A stretch of 61,372 nucleotides of DNA, the filler included, from Sphacelaria rigidula (taxonomy: Eukaryota), in NCBI GenBank assembly GCA_964200075.2. It is 8 parts of 8 records of this genome, joined end to end, with 100 filler letters (N's around TTAATTAATTAA, not from the genome) between each part and the next. Parts side by side here need not be neighbours in the genome. Positions count along the whole stretch, not along the records: positions 46,107 to 53,689 come from CAXNAA020014221.1; positions 53,790 to 61,372 come from CAXNAA020014222.1; 6 more parts are not named here. One strand, written 5' to 3'. Of the stretch, positions 50,533 to 61,372 are shown piece after piece. Within the stretch, counting starts at the first letter, position 1, and the number at the start of each line of letters is the position of its first letter. The notes beneath the pieces were generated by a model. That model was not told the origin of the DNA, ran no database searches, and worked only from the letters and a program-made list of their open reading frames with translations. A program made the position numbers and the translations under genes.

Positions 50533-51787
50533 GTGTGACATGTCTACACGCTTCTCCTCTGCATGCGTTGGTTGATAAAAATTATTTAACTTGATTTGAT
50601 TGGTTCCGATTGGTTTCGATTGATTTCGATTGGCTGGTAAATGTAACCGGTTCTCTCGCATAAAAAGTGGTCCGTTACAAAATCCAGTCGCTATCATAAG
50701 AGGGGCGCCCAGTTTATTTTAGCTCTACGGGACAAGTAAAGAGGAACAAACTCGCTTGGTACCATCGGGAATATTCTAGAAACGAGGCGATAGGAAGGAG
50801 AAGTGAAGGAGAGGACAAACAGAATAATGAATAATCTGGCAAAGACGCTATACTCCGAAGTAGGCCCGAGCCGGGGTTGCAGGCAAGACTTCGTGCGAGA
50901 GGCAAGGCCACGAAGGCAGGTTGCGACTCGAGCTATGTGGAGACCGCAGTACCACTAGGCAGGAGGTTGTCAGCCAACTCTGCACAGAGGAGATACGGAC
51001 ACTGATAACACTAACACGGGCAAGCCCAGGAATTAAAATGTAAATATATGTGTATATAAGAGAGGGAAAATGGGAAAAAGAAAGAAGAACGGAAGAAAAA
51101 CAAAAGAGGAGAATGACAAACAAAACTGGGAACAAGAAATGAATAAAACAAGAAAACTAGAAAACAGCGCGAGAAGTACCAGCCATAACCCACCAGCCAT
51201 AAGTCGAGAAGATGATTGATTGATTGATTGATTGATTGATGGTCGCACGTTGACTGATCCCCGAGGAGTCGTGATCCAGCCTCGCCGTGATCATTATCCA
51301 GAAGATAGACCTACCCGAGATGAAAACAAAATGGAAACATTCGCTGAAGAAAGGTGAAGGACACAGAATGGTCGAACAGAAAGAGTAGACTGAAAAAAAA
51401 GAAGAAGAGAAGGTAGTAACCGACAAGGGTGCGTCATCAATCCCCGTGCAACCCCCACTTCCCTCATCCCCAGTCAGTTACAAAACGCGCCATTCTGACG
51501 ACCATTTCCAACGTGGATTCCTCGCCGGCTGTTGTTGCCTTTGCTGTATGAAAAGGCAGTCTCTCTCCATTTGGGGGCTCTCAACGCCACAGCCTAGTGC
51601 TCACGCTTTACGATGTGTGCGTTCCCTCCTGATTCTTGGTAGCGCGCGTATCTTTGAGTGACATTCCCTCGGCGCATAACGAGGCGAAATGCCTGGGCAT
51701 GAGAGGAAATTCGTTTAAACTTCCTGTCCGTCGTCGCGGTATGGGTGGATATAAGTAGTGCTATTTTTTTCTCTTTTTGTTTTGTAG

Positions 51788-51895
51788 GTATATGTCATGG
51801 ATATGTCATGGATATGTCGTAGATATATTAATAGTTATGTCATAGGTATGTCATAGATGTGTCATAGATATGTCATAGATGTGTAATAGATATGT
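51788..51895. repeat. Minisatellite, 12-bp unit ATGTCATAGAT(A/G)
   Basis: Direct observation. Confidence 0.75.
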
Positions 51896-52159
51896 GCAAA
51901 GAAGGATGACGAATAAGCACTCTCAAGCTCAACTCTACCGAAGCTCTAGCTGAGTTGATCGTACAGCAGTAGAGGACCGGACTGTGGAAGTACGAGGGCG
52001 GGTTCTTGTCCTCAAAACAATCGACACGCATGCGGCAACATGTCGCCCTTCGCCCCCTCCAGGATTTTCCCCCTGAAGGGTTGGCGTCGGTTAACAACGA
52101 CGCTGTGAAACACGCCACTCACCACGTAAGCTAGGCACCCGGGCTACCGTTTTTATTCC

Positions 52160-52579
52160 TCGCTCGCTTTTTTTGGCGGTGACCATGATGGTGGTCGACT
52201 TGGATCGTATTGTGCGGGGCGGAGAACCTCAACTCCGCGCAATGGGGATGATCATACTACGTAGTGTTTAGATGGTGAGATACCCATGAAGCGGTGTGTA
52301 ACCCGTGACTGTCTCTGGAGGTGGCGATACCAGAAAATGAAGAAAGTCATTCGAGGCTGTCATCCACATGTAGGATAATCAGTACTCTTCGCACCAAACA
52401 ATCTCAGCAGGGTGAAGCTCACCCCTCAAGCAACTCGCCGAACACATCTCGGCGCTTCGCGCTTAGTGATTGATTGCGAGCCTGGTCCGGCGAAATTCGG
52501 CATGCCCCGTCCCGGCTTTGTAGGGATGCAAGGTCAATGGTCTTGCGACTATGGCATGCAAGATCATGAGTACCCCCCC
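52160..52579 (-). repeat. Dispersed repeat family B, near full length, in a COQ9 intron
   Basis: Reverse complement colinear with 41208-41596; starts at GGGGGGTACTCATG. Confidence 0.7.
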
Positions 52580-52849
52580 AGGATGTTCCTTGGAGTGTTT
52601 TCGTGGAAGGAATTTTCCGTTACCTCAGGTCATCATCCATTCCCGTTACCGGAGTATCGCCTCATTCCGACAAGGGTGCACACCACGGTCTACCCTTCCA
52701 TGGGAGATGATGCCGCTCAAAAGTGCAGCCGGCTCATCCATGCATACATAATGTTGCGCGCATGTGCCGCCGCTCCTGATACCCCTCCGTGTCGTACTTC
52801 GCACTGCCGTCCCTTTTGCCCTTGTGCTGATTCGGAATTCTTTTTCAAG

Positions 52850-52895
52850 AGCTGTTCATGCTGACGGACGAGTCAGAGGGCCTTCGAGACACGTG
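52850..52895 (+). CDS. COQ9: COQ9 micro-exon (ELFMLTDESEGLRDTW)
   Basis: AAG acceptor, GTGAGC donor. Phase matches the previous exon (G|AG = E). EL.ML.D.S.....TW motif. Confidence 0.85.
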
Positions 52896-53437
52896 GTGAG
52901 CGGAATAATCAGATACACCGGAGCCATCAGGGACTCGTGACTAGATTTCGTAAATACCATACAGTTGGTGCTAAAGCGTGATTTTTGCCGAATCCCCCCT
53001 CCATCGCCTCTCCGAGGGAGGAAGAGGGGCGGGCTACTCACCTAATCGCGTCATTATTCATGGTATCACCGATATTCCATGTTCGACACTGTATAGCAAT
53101 CATACGCTGGATAACAATCCTTCAATAAGACCCCCTGGGTAATAGGTTCGTGACTATTTTTGGCACCATGTGGATACCTATATCTACAGTGCTGTGTCGA
53201 TATACGCTGAATGCCACCCCCTGAATAACGCCCTTGGGTAGAATGTCTTTGGGTCCGAAAAAAAAAAGTTCCCCCGGCTTTTTTATTTATACTTGGTCAC
53301 GTGCGGTACCATGTCATCATCCACCAAAAATAGGGTCGGGCTGAGATGAATATTAGTGGTTGTAGTACCGAGGTGATGATCCCTGCTGGTACGAGCTGGG
53401 CCAGCCGAGAACTGATTCTGTAGTTTGCAGGCCCATT

Positions 53438-53689
53438 ATACGGCCAAAACTTGGAGTTGGACCCTGAAATTTGGTATGGACAATGAGTAGGGCATAATGA
53501 AAAAAAATACTGGTGCACACAAGTTTGTTTGTTTTTTTCATGAGTTAGAAGCATTTTACCGATATCTAAAAACTGATTATTGCCCTTAACTCATGGGGAA
53601 AAAAATGTGTGCACCAGTAATTTTTTTCATTATGCCCTTGTCATTGTCCATACCAAATTTCAGGGTCCAACTCCAAGTATTGGCCGTAT
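53438..53689. repeat. Fold-back element cut by scaffold end
   Basis: ~85-bp inverted arms ACTTGGAGTTGGACCCTGAAATTTGGTATGGACAATGA and its complement. Confidence 0.7.
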
Positions 53690-53789
53690 NNNNNNNNNNN
53701 NNNNNNNNNNNNNNNNNNNNNNNNNNNNNNNNNTTAATTAATTAANNNNNNNNNNNNNNNNNNNNNNNNNNNNNNNNNNNNNNNNNNNN
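53690..53789. other. Artificial scaffold linker
   Basis: N44-TTAATTAATTAA-N44. Confidence 0.97.
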
Positions 53790-53940
53790 TATTCGGGATA
53801 TCCCCAGCACATAGGAATAGTAATCTTGGCGTACTCTCGCACATTTTTATAAGTCGTGTTTTGGATGAGATAGGGGGCTCCTAACAATTTTAATCTCAGA
53901 AATTATTTCTTTACCCCTACCGTAGCATCACTCCAACGCT

Positions 53941-56900
53941 GTGTTGGATTCCGCCACCCATTTCACGAGCGTTTCGGTGCTGATTGTGGAGATGCTGGAG
54001 CGTCTACTCCCAGGTCAGCAAATCGGCATTTTGTTCTCGCGCGGGGCGCGGCAGCCCATCACCGCATCGGGGCAACATATAAATGTCACGGGGAGTACGA
54101 TTCTCCTACAGTTGGCGTTCAGGACTACCTGGGGGCCAGCGAAATTACCCCCGATATCGTTTGCGATCATGCCGGGGACGCTTCGGGGACTTGGAGTCGA
54201 TCCGTATGATCGGCTGTTAGAGTCCCTAAAAACGCAAATGCCGTCGCCCAGTTCGAGTGTCGAGACGCCTGCTTTTTTGGCCAGTCGTCGCGTGAGCTTG
54301 TCGGTGGATGCTTTTCAGGAGGCGGGGGGGCAGGTGTCCGAGGAGCGTGATGAGGCGGTGGAACGGTTGGTGGAGCGTGGCCCCGATATGTTTATGGAGC
54401 CGGCAGAAGAGGAGTCCGCGCAAATGGCTGCGCTGGAGGAAAGCGTGACGGATGCTGTGGCAAATGGCCTCAACGTCTCAAAAGCGGAGCGCTTGCGTGG
54501 CATATTGTATCGCCACGTTAACGCGTTTCGTCGTGCGCTGAGGTGTGATCCCCCTGCGCGCGTGGAACCCATGAGGGTTACGCTGAAGCCAGGGGCGGCC
54601 GCGGTGAAGGCAAAACCGAGGAGATATGATCCGGTAAAGTCCAGTTGGTTTGCTTCTTGCATGGGAGCTCTTGTGGCGTTTGGGTTGGTGTCCAGGAATC
54701 TACAGGCGGTGTGGTCCAGTCCAGCGACGGCGATGCCGAAGAAGGCCTCTTTCCGTCTTGTCACCGATTACGGAGCCGTCAATGATCAGGTGGAGAAGTC
54801 GCCGGGTGTCATGCCCAATCAGGATTGGACATGATAGACCTGTTGAGTGCGCGATACTTCGGTAAGTTGAACCTCCTACAGGGGTACTGGCAGATGCCGT
54901 TGGCCGAAGAGGCGCAAGAGATATTCACCATCACGACTCCGTTTGGCATGTTCACCCCGCAACGAATACCGCAAGGCGTGTTGAATGCTACTTCCTATTT
55001 TCAAGGTGTCATGGTAGACGTTTGAGATGGCTTGAAATTCAAGATTTGGGTGGATGATGTCTTTTTCTTCGCGGATACGGAAGACGAACTGTTGGATATG
55101 CTTGATGCAATCTTGGCTCGCTGAGATAATGTTGATCTGTTTGCAGCTGCCCACAAGTGTACCTCTTTTGCTAGTGAACTAGTGTGGTGTGGGAAAGTAT
55201 ATTCACATGGTCGCGTCTTGCATGATTCGGTCCGCTTGCAAGGTTTATTTGACATGCGTCGTCCAGAAACAGCAGCAGAACTAATGCAATTCCTGCACGC
55301 AATGAACTGGTTGCGTACCTCGTTGCCACGTATCGTCAAAGTAGTGGCGCCCTTGCGCGTTTTCCTAGAAGAAGTCATGGTGGGGGCTGCAAGGCGCACG
55401 AAGCGGGTGGTAAAAAACCGCGTTATTCCACCCACCTCGTGGACGGAGGACAGGCTGCAGGCATGGGTGGCAGCGAAAGATCTGGTGGCTCATGCCGTGA
55501 CGATGTTTCATCCCCGCCCCGGTTGCCAGGTGCTGATGTTTCCGGATGCATCCGAGTGTCATTGGGGTAGTTTAACCAGGTGCCTGATGCAGAAATGCAA
55601 CAACGGTTGCCGGTTGAAGACATGACGCATGAACCGCTGGCTTTTCTTAGTAGTAATTTCAAGGGTTCACAGATGCGTTGGACAACCATTGACAAGGAAG
55701 GTTCTGCTACCGTGAGCATTTTTTGTCGTCTTGAGCATTTATTGTGGAATGGCGCACACATTTTCACGGATCACCGAAATCTAGCGTACATTTTTAACCC
55801 GGAGGCATGCGTGACGTCTGTGTCGAAGGCGTTGGCACAGCGATTAAAGGGGTGGAAAGGGGTATTAGACCAGTATCGGTACACGATTTGTGATATTTCG
55901 GGTGAACGTAACGCGTGGGGTGACTTGCTGTCGCGCTGGGTAAATACTCCCACTTTACCTGCGCGCGCTGTGGCTGTGTATGGTCCGTGTGAACCTGATG
56001 ACTCAATGCCGTCCAAATCTGTTGTCCGCCAAGCGCAACGAAAAGACCTTGGGGCCGAAGATGCGGATGTGCAATTTTTCGAGTCGGACGTTGATACCGC
56101 TATTTTGGACAATAAAGGTCTGTTTCGTGTGCATGTGCGTGGCTGAAACGTTTTGTGGATTCCGAGTTCTGACAAGCAGTTGCAGGTACGTCTGATGATT
56201 TGTGCGCACATGCGTGACGCCGGGCATCGTGGTGTGGCTGCGACACTCGTGGGCTTGCAAGAGTTTTGTGTCTGGCAGGGGATAGATACTAATGTGCGCG
56301 AATTTCTCCGCCAGTGTCTTCGCTGTGCTGACTCGAGGGCGGGCGATGTTGTTCCCCGCCCGCTCGGTGAAACGGTCCATGGGGCCACGCCGAATGAAGT
56401 CGTTCATTTTGACTTCTTGTACGTGGGCGAGAGTGGCCCGCTAGCTTCCCAAGGTTTGTCGGAGGATGCTGGATTCCGATACATTTTGGTAATCATGGAT
56501 GATTTCAGCAACATTGTGGCTCTGGAACCAGTAGCAGTGTGTACTGCTGAGTCGACTGCCGCGTCTTTGCTGAATTGGTGCAAAACTTTGGGGGTGCCCC
56601 GTGTGTGTGTGAGTGATACCGCCACGCATTTCAAGAATGTGATTTTGGCCCGATTGCGAGAGGCTTTGTGCGTTGATCACCAGTTTGCGGCAGCGTATTC
56701 CCCGTGGCCTAACGGTACGTGCGAACGCATGGTAAAGGGAGTAGTTCGTGCTCTTCGTTCTACTCTTCTCGAGCAGCGTCGAGAGGTGACCGAGTGGGTG
56801 GAGGTGTTGCCCGCTGTGCAATGGGCGCTAAATACAGCATACCGCCGTCGGTACGATAGTACGCCGTATCACGTCATGTTTGGTCGTGCACCTCGGACGT

Positions 56901-57567
56901 CTTTCTCGGTGTTGGCGTCCTCATCGGTGGGGGATTGGAAGTGTGATGTCCTAGAAGATGCGCAATTAAAGCGTGCGTTGCAAGGAGTTTTGGAGTTGCA
57001 GGAAAGTTTCCACGTTCAAGTGCAGGAGCGTGTTGCCGCTGAACGTGCGCGTAGACGTGAGGGGTCTTTGTCGGGGCTGAAATTGCCGAATTGCGAGGTA
57101 GGCGATTAGGTTTTGTATGCACGCGTGCGTCGCCCGGGAGTTACGCCTAAATTGATGGCGACGTGGACTGGTCCGTGGNNNNNNNNNNGGTTGGTGCTCA
57201 TCACCCGCATGTGTTTGAAATCCAAAACATTGTTTCGGGTCGTGTTCAGACCGCCCATGTAGCTCGTCTGCGTTTCTATGCAGACTCACAGCTTCATGTT
57301 ACGGCAGATGTGAAGGATATGTTTCAGCACGCTTCCATCCAGGGGCAATTTGAAATGGCTGGGATTGTTCGCGTGGTAGAGGCAGAGAACCGTTCGTTGA
57401 TCGTATCGGTCGACTGGGTAGGTTTTGAAGTCGAGGAGCGTACGTGGGGGCCTTTTGAAAATGTTTTTGAGGCCTCTCCGGAATTTCTCAAGAAAAAGTT
57501 GCGTAAGGTGCGAGTGACTCGTGCCATTGCTGCTCGAATCACGCGTGAGTTTGGGATTCAGTTGTGA
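53941..57567 (+). pseudogene. pol: Ty3/Gypsy (chromovirus-type) pol: protease-RT-RNase H-integrase-chromodomain, with stops and frameshifts
   Basis: Protease LDSA. RT GYWQ..L, PQG..NA, WVDD. RNase H FPDAS. Integrase H..GH..C..C and D,D,E (HFDF, SDTATHF, NGTCERM). Chromodomain V.W.GF...E.TW. Stops at 55023, 56144 and 57107; frameshifts near 54825 and 55575. Confidence 0.93.
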
Positions 57568-57646
57568 CTCGCTCAATCGTTTTGGCGTTCTTTTTCTGAG
57601 TGTCAAGCTTGTTGCTCGGTTCTCGTCCAACGCGCTTTGGGGGTGC

Positions 57647-57848
57647 CATGACGAAATCACGCCATCACCTTGAGTATATAGTGATGATTGAATGATGACT
57701 GGGGATCTGAAGTGATGATATGGATGATGACATGGACACAGGGGTGATACCTAGATGTGGTTTGTGGAGCCGCCTGGGAGTCACTCCGGGATAATAAAAG
57801 GTGTTGTGAAGGTGAACGCTGCAGTACTAGCAACCTGTTGGCGTCACA
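57647..57848 (+). mobile_element. 3' LTR of the Ty3/Gypsy element
   Basis: Follows pol and a short G-tract, ends GGCGTCACA, homologous to 16849-17100. Confidence 0.8.
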
Positions 57849-58152
57849 AAACTAAGCCTTAGGCAAAGGTTGAACTCTCAAAGGGAGTACAGTAGCGTTA
57901 GCATACATCCGTATCCTTCTGCGGACCACATTGCGAGGGAGATTTTCAACCTTCCCCATCGTCGGTAGAGAGACACTGCTTGGAGTTAAGCATGTTCTAG
58001 TCGACACGTGGTAGCGATTTATCATCGTATTTGGGCAGGCAGGCCACGACGCTACGTTTGTGGTAATATATTGTGCTCCTTCATGAGGGTAGCTGCTGGA
58101 ATGTATGCTACAGACATGTCTCGCCCGTGCTTCCTTTGGCTCGTGCCAGTAG

Positions 58153-58352
58153 GTCAAAATGGTTCTGGACCGTTTGAGCAAGTTCTCCACTCCAGTTTCC
58201 ATGCGGCCCACCATCAGAACTGCCGGTGTAAAACCTCTCCCAAATCTGCCCCAAAGGATCACCAAACCGCAGTTCGATCGGGCAACGCATGCCATATTCG
58301 AGAGTACGGTGCGCGACATGGTGCAGGGCCAGAAGGAAATCAGTCTCAAAAG
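58153..58352 (+). CDS. Uncharacterised gene exon (VKMVLDRLSKFSTPVSMR...PLPNLPQRITKPQFD...); weak recalled resemblance to SPEF2/CPC1-like flagellar proteins
   Basis: TAG acceptor, GTGAAG donor, phase 2 end joins 59228 in frame. Confidence 0.6.
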
Positions 58353-58534
58353 GTGAAGTGAACCGGCCGCGCACTACCTTTTGACAAGATCTATTGTCGT
58401 CTGTTTCCTCCCCTCTTTTGAAGCACGAGACAACGGGACAATGGGCTCGAACAAGCAGCACTTTCTACAGTAGTTCGCTTGCATTGCGGCATGCGCTTTG
58501 ATGTATTGTGCGTATGTGTGCAAACACTTCGACA

Positions 58535-58733
58535 CAATGGTCGACAAGGGAAAGGGACCGCTGGACCCCTCTCGCGATGAAAAACAAAGGCAAGCACCGC
58601 AGAAGGAAGGTGGAGAACTGAACAAATAAAAAAAATCTTGTGTTGGCCTCCCTCCTGTGTAACCCGGGCTGGTGCGCCCACATATACCGAAAGGTGTATA
58701 CCGGCGTCGAGAATAGATGGGACGACAACACAC
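58535..58733 (+). mobile_element. SINE family A, 5'-truncated, intronic
   Basis: Colinear with the 3' part of 3753-4101. Confidence 0.7.
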
Positions 58734-59227
58734 AGTGTGCGTATGTGTGGGTTGATGCGCAGTCCAATCATGATGTGATGTCACTCGCTGTAGTCGGGAA
58801 TAGCTTGCTTGATTCGGGTGCAAGCGATGAGTTAGCGCGGTACGGCGATCAACATCAACATAACTTCTCTTCTTGTGTACCTGTCATGAACCGAAAGATC
58901 ACTTCGACGCTTCGAGGAAGAAGGTGTCAGGCAAAAAGAGCTGGTTGCCGTCGAAAAGGAGAGGTGAGCTGCGTGCGCCTTGTGTCGAACAATATCGTAG
59001 GGTGCTTGCTGCCCTTGACGATGGAGATTTTTACCCCTCAGCAATCGTCTCTCTGCGGTCGGGCGTTCGGGGTAGAACGCAATCGCGTTTACCTTCGATC
59101 GATTTACAACAGTCGAAGCGGAGGCTGCGCGGTCGATTAACCCTCAGAACAATTCTAACAGAGGGGGCTGGTTCAGCCGCCAGGACACGCAACATACTTC
59201 GTGTGTTCTCGCCTCTGCTCGTGGCAG

Positions 59228-59294
59228 GTCGCTCCTTGCCGAGGAATTACACACCGAAGCCATCCGAATGCAGGGGCTTCACGATCTGGCACAG
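59228..59294 (+). CDS. Uncharacterised gene exon (SLLAEELHTEAIRMQGLHDLAQ)
   Basis: CAG acceptor, GTAAAG donor, phase-compatible on both sides. Confidence 0.55.
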
Positions 59295-59610
59295 GTAAAG
59301 CACCGTGGACGCCGCCATCAAGGTGAAAAACCAACGGTCAATTGTGTATCGCATGAATAGGTAACTACAACGACAACATGCTACAGTACATGAGTGACCG
59401 TGGCCCGTGGCAGGCTGGGAAGTGGTCCTGCGCTTTGACATCTATATGCAATGGTGGCAATTGAGGTGAATACCCCGGCCACAACCGTGTCGTGATGTGC
59501 GCCAGAGACGAGAATTTTAGGGTTCTGTGACACCACGGAGATACTGCAAGCAATCGCTCATGAGCTGCCCGGTGGTACTCGCGCCTTACCTTGCGTTGAC
59601 GTCTGATCAG

Positions 59611-59687
59611 AGAAAAGCACTCTGCAGCTCGTGGGAGGAGAACAATTTAGACGACTGGATGGATAACATGAAGCGCAAACGAGACAG
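59611..59687 (+). CDS. Uncharacterised gene exon (RKALCSSWEENNLDDWMDNMKRKRD)
   Basis: CAG acceptor, GTGTGT donor, phase-compatible. Confidence 0.55.
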
Positions 59688-59982
59688 GTGTGTCACGTGG
59701 CACGTTTTCGAAAGCCAAGCATGCCTTCGACGATCACCTTTATGACGATTTGCCTACTTAATTCGAAATGCTCCCAAACCCAGGGTTGCCGATAGACGAG
59801 TGTTCTGCATGTAGCGCTTCCTCAATAGTCTTATGATTACGTCAGGCGGGCTAGAACCTGCCAATTGTCTCCTGCTGCAGAAGGCCTCGGTGGGGCACAT
59901 CCGATGTCCCGGAAATCCTGAAGCTATCCCTATCGTCACACGTTAAGCACAGTGACGCCCTCATCATTTTGTACTGTGACAG

Positions 59983-60125
59983 GGAAGTGCGCAATCGTCT
60001 GTTCCTTCGCAAGGTGGAGAAGTCCCGTCTGTCTCGGCTGCAAAGAGCCCGCATGATCGGGAGGAGGGCTGTTGCGAATGATCTGCCACAGTTCGAAGCA
60101 CGGTCAAGAGATGCATTGCGCACAG
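59983..60125 (+). CDS. Uncharacterised gene exon (EVRNRLFLRKVEKSRLSRLQRAR...DLPQFEARSRDALRT)
   Basis: CAG acceptor, GTGCGG donor, phase-compatible. Confidence 0.55.
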
Positions 60126-60449
60126 GTGCGGAAGAACGGGCTGACAGCAGTCTTGTCTCTAAACTACCGCACACGGGATATTCGGCACTAGTTGCAAAGT
60201 ATACCGCAATGTGTATGTGGCGACGGCAACCGAGTCTTTTGTCCCTAATCCCCGCATGGTCAGTAGTAGCTCATTCGATCCTTATTTTGGTCGCCTGTCA
60301 AGGTTGCTGTGTTGTTCTGCACCCGCACACTGACATGATACCAAAATGTTATCTCGTTTTCCCCATATCTTCTGCCTTTTAGTCGCATTAGACCAAGACT
60401 TCGTGTAATCCTGGTATCATGTGTGCTCGTGTGACCTGCGTGATAATAG

Positions 60450-60609
60450 CTAGCAATCAGGAGGAGCAGGAGTCTACCCCTTGGGCTGTGACTGCGTCAA
60501 ACCGGGGATACTTGGAAGCGAGAGCACTCGACAAGGGCTACCAATGGCAGATGACGAAATTCAAAGAGAAGAAGTCTGGCGAGCGTACCAGTGCTAGAGA
60601 GAAGCGACG
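60450..60609 (+). CDS. Uncharacterised gene exon (SNQEEQESTPW...YQWQMTKFKEKKSGERTSAREKR)
   Basis: TAG acceptor at 60447-60449 preserves frame; GTGAGA donor. Acceptor choice ambiguous. Confidence 0.45.
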
Positions 60610-61372
60610 GTGAGACAATTCACCAACTTAACTTTGCTCTACACACCCTCAGTATTCCATCGTACTGATCGGTTAGCGACATCAATTCCACTTGGAACAC
60701 CTAAACACGAATATTCAGGATTTGATCCCTGCATGCATCTCACAGGCGACTGCATCCGAATAGGCCATGCACCCTGCAGGGCGTAGTGGGGAAAACTGCA
60801 GATTATTCGAAATTTTGAATTCATTCGGATATCGGAATCGAACCTCGTTACACTCATCTCCTCAACAAAGGAGGCGTATCCACACCCTAGCGAAGGAAGT
60901 AAGTACTCACTCCCTAGCGTTCGTCTACGAGTCCCGCTTCGCACTGCCCGCTTTTGTGATCGCCGAGGCATGCTTCCTGCCGGATCCAGCGAAGGGCGCG
61001 ATATTCCCCCGTCGCCCACGACGAAGCTACTCACTCTGAACCATTCACCTAGACAGTAAATCGACACTATGACGGAGTCATACTACGATAGGGCGCGCGG
61101 AGGGGTGCTTCGGGCCATTTATTCCACGAAATTCCTCTTCAAATCGTTGTTGGAAGCAGCAACGACAGTTCGAACTATACGTGGAATCCAATCCCCCCTC
61201 CCGTGCGCGCTCCGTCACGAAAGGGATGCGTGGTCAAAGGTCAAAAGACTGAGCCAAGCAACAAATGAGTACGCCCACCCCCCCTATCGATGATCGTACC
61301 ACGTAGTATTGAAATGGTGAGGCACCCATGAGGCAGTGGATAAGCTGTGGCTGTCTATGGAAGTGGCGATAC

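Noticed and set aside
7630-53745. Regularly spaced TTAATTAATTAA palindromes as a biological array
   Set aside because: Always embedded in N44 pads; a synthetic six-frame-stop linker.
16849-57848. One 41-kb LTR element capturing host genes
   Set aside because: The LTRs lie on different concatenated scaffolds and are clearly diverged.
58873-59298. 141-aa ORF as an exon
   Set aside because: Its phase gives a stop in the next exon; a 67-nt exon in another frame fits both neighbours.

Overview
Eukaryotic, intron-rich DNA that reads like a brown alga (Phaeophyceae; inferred from gene content and exon/intron style). It is not one locus. Eight whole scaffolds, size-sorted at 7585, 7585, 7584, 7584, 7584, 7584, 7583 and 7583 bp, are joined by seven artificial 100-bp N44-TTAATTAATTAA-N44 linkers, so adjacency across linkers has no biological meaning. 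Gene fragments whose exons join in frame through GT-AG introns: homomeric acetyl-CoA carboxylase (6 exons, minus, scaffold 2), a CC2D1/Lgd-like DM14-repeat protein (4 exons, scaffold 5), COQ9 (3 exons, scaffold 7) and an uncharacterised gene (5 exons, scaffold 8). Single exons: a probable secreted subtilisin-like protease (scaffold 4) and a redoxin-like protein (scaffold 1). Mobile DNA: a decayed chromodomain Ty3/Gypsy family (5' LTR plus gag in scaffold 3; pol plus 3' LTR in scaffold 8), a tRNA-headed SINE family, TTAA-flanked piggyBac-like MITEs, TA-flanked Tc1/mariner-like MITEs, fold-back elements and an unclassified ~400-bp repeat. Most unusual: a 509-bp non-coding element (15685-16193) with 90-bp TG...CA terminal repeats that are each a full palindrome built from tRNA-like 5' halves. 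It has inward-facing B-boxes and a Pol III terminator placed so that the RNA 3' end could self-prime copying of the terminal arm. A diverged relative appears at 43969-44676. All identifications come from reading the sequence by eye; no database searches were run.
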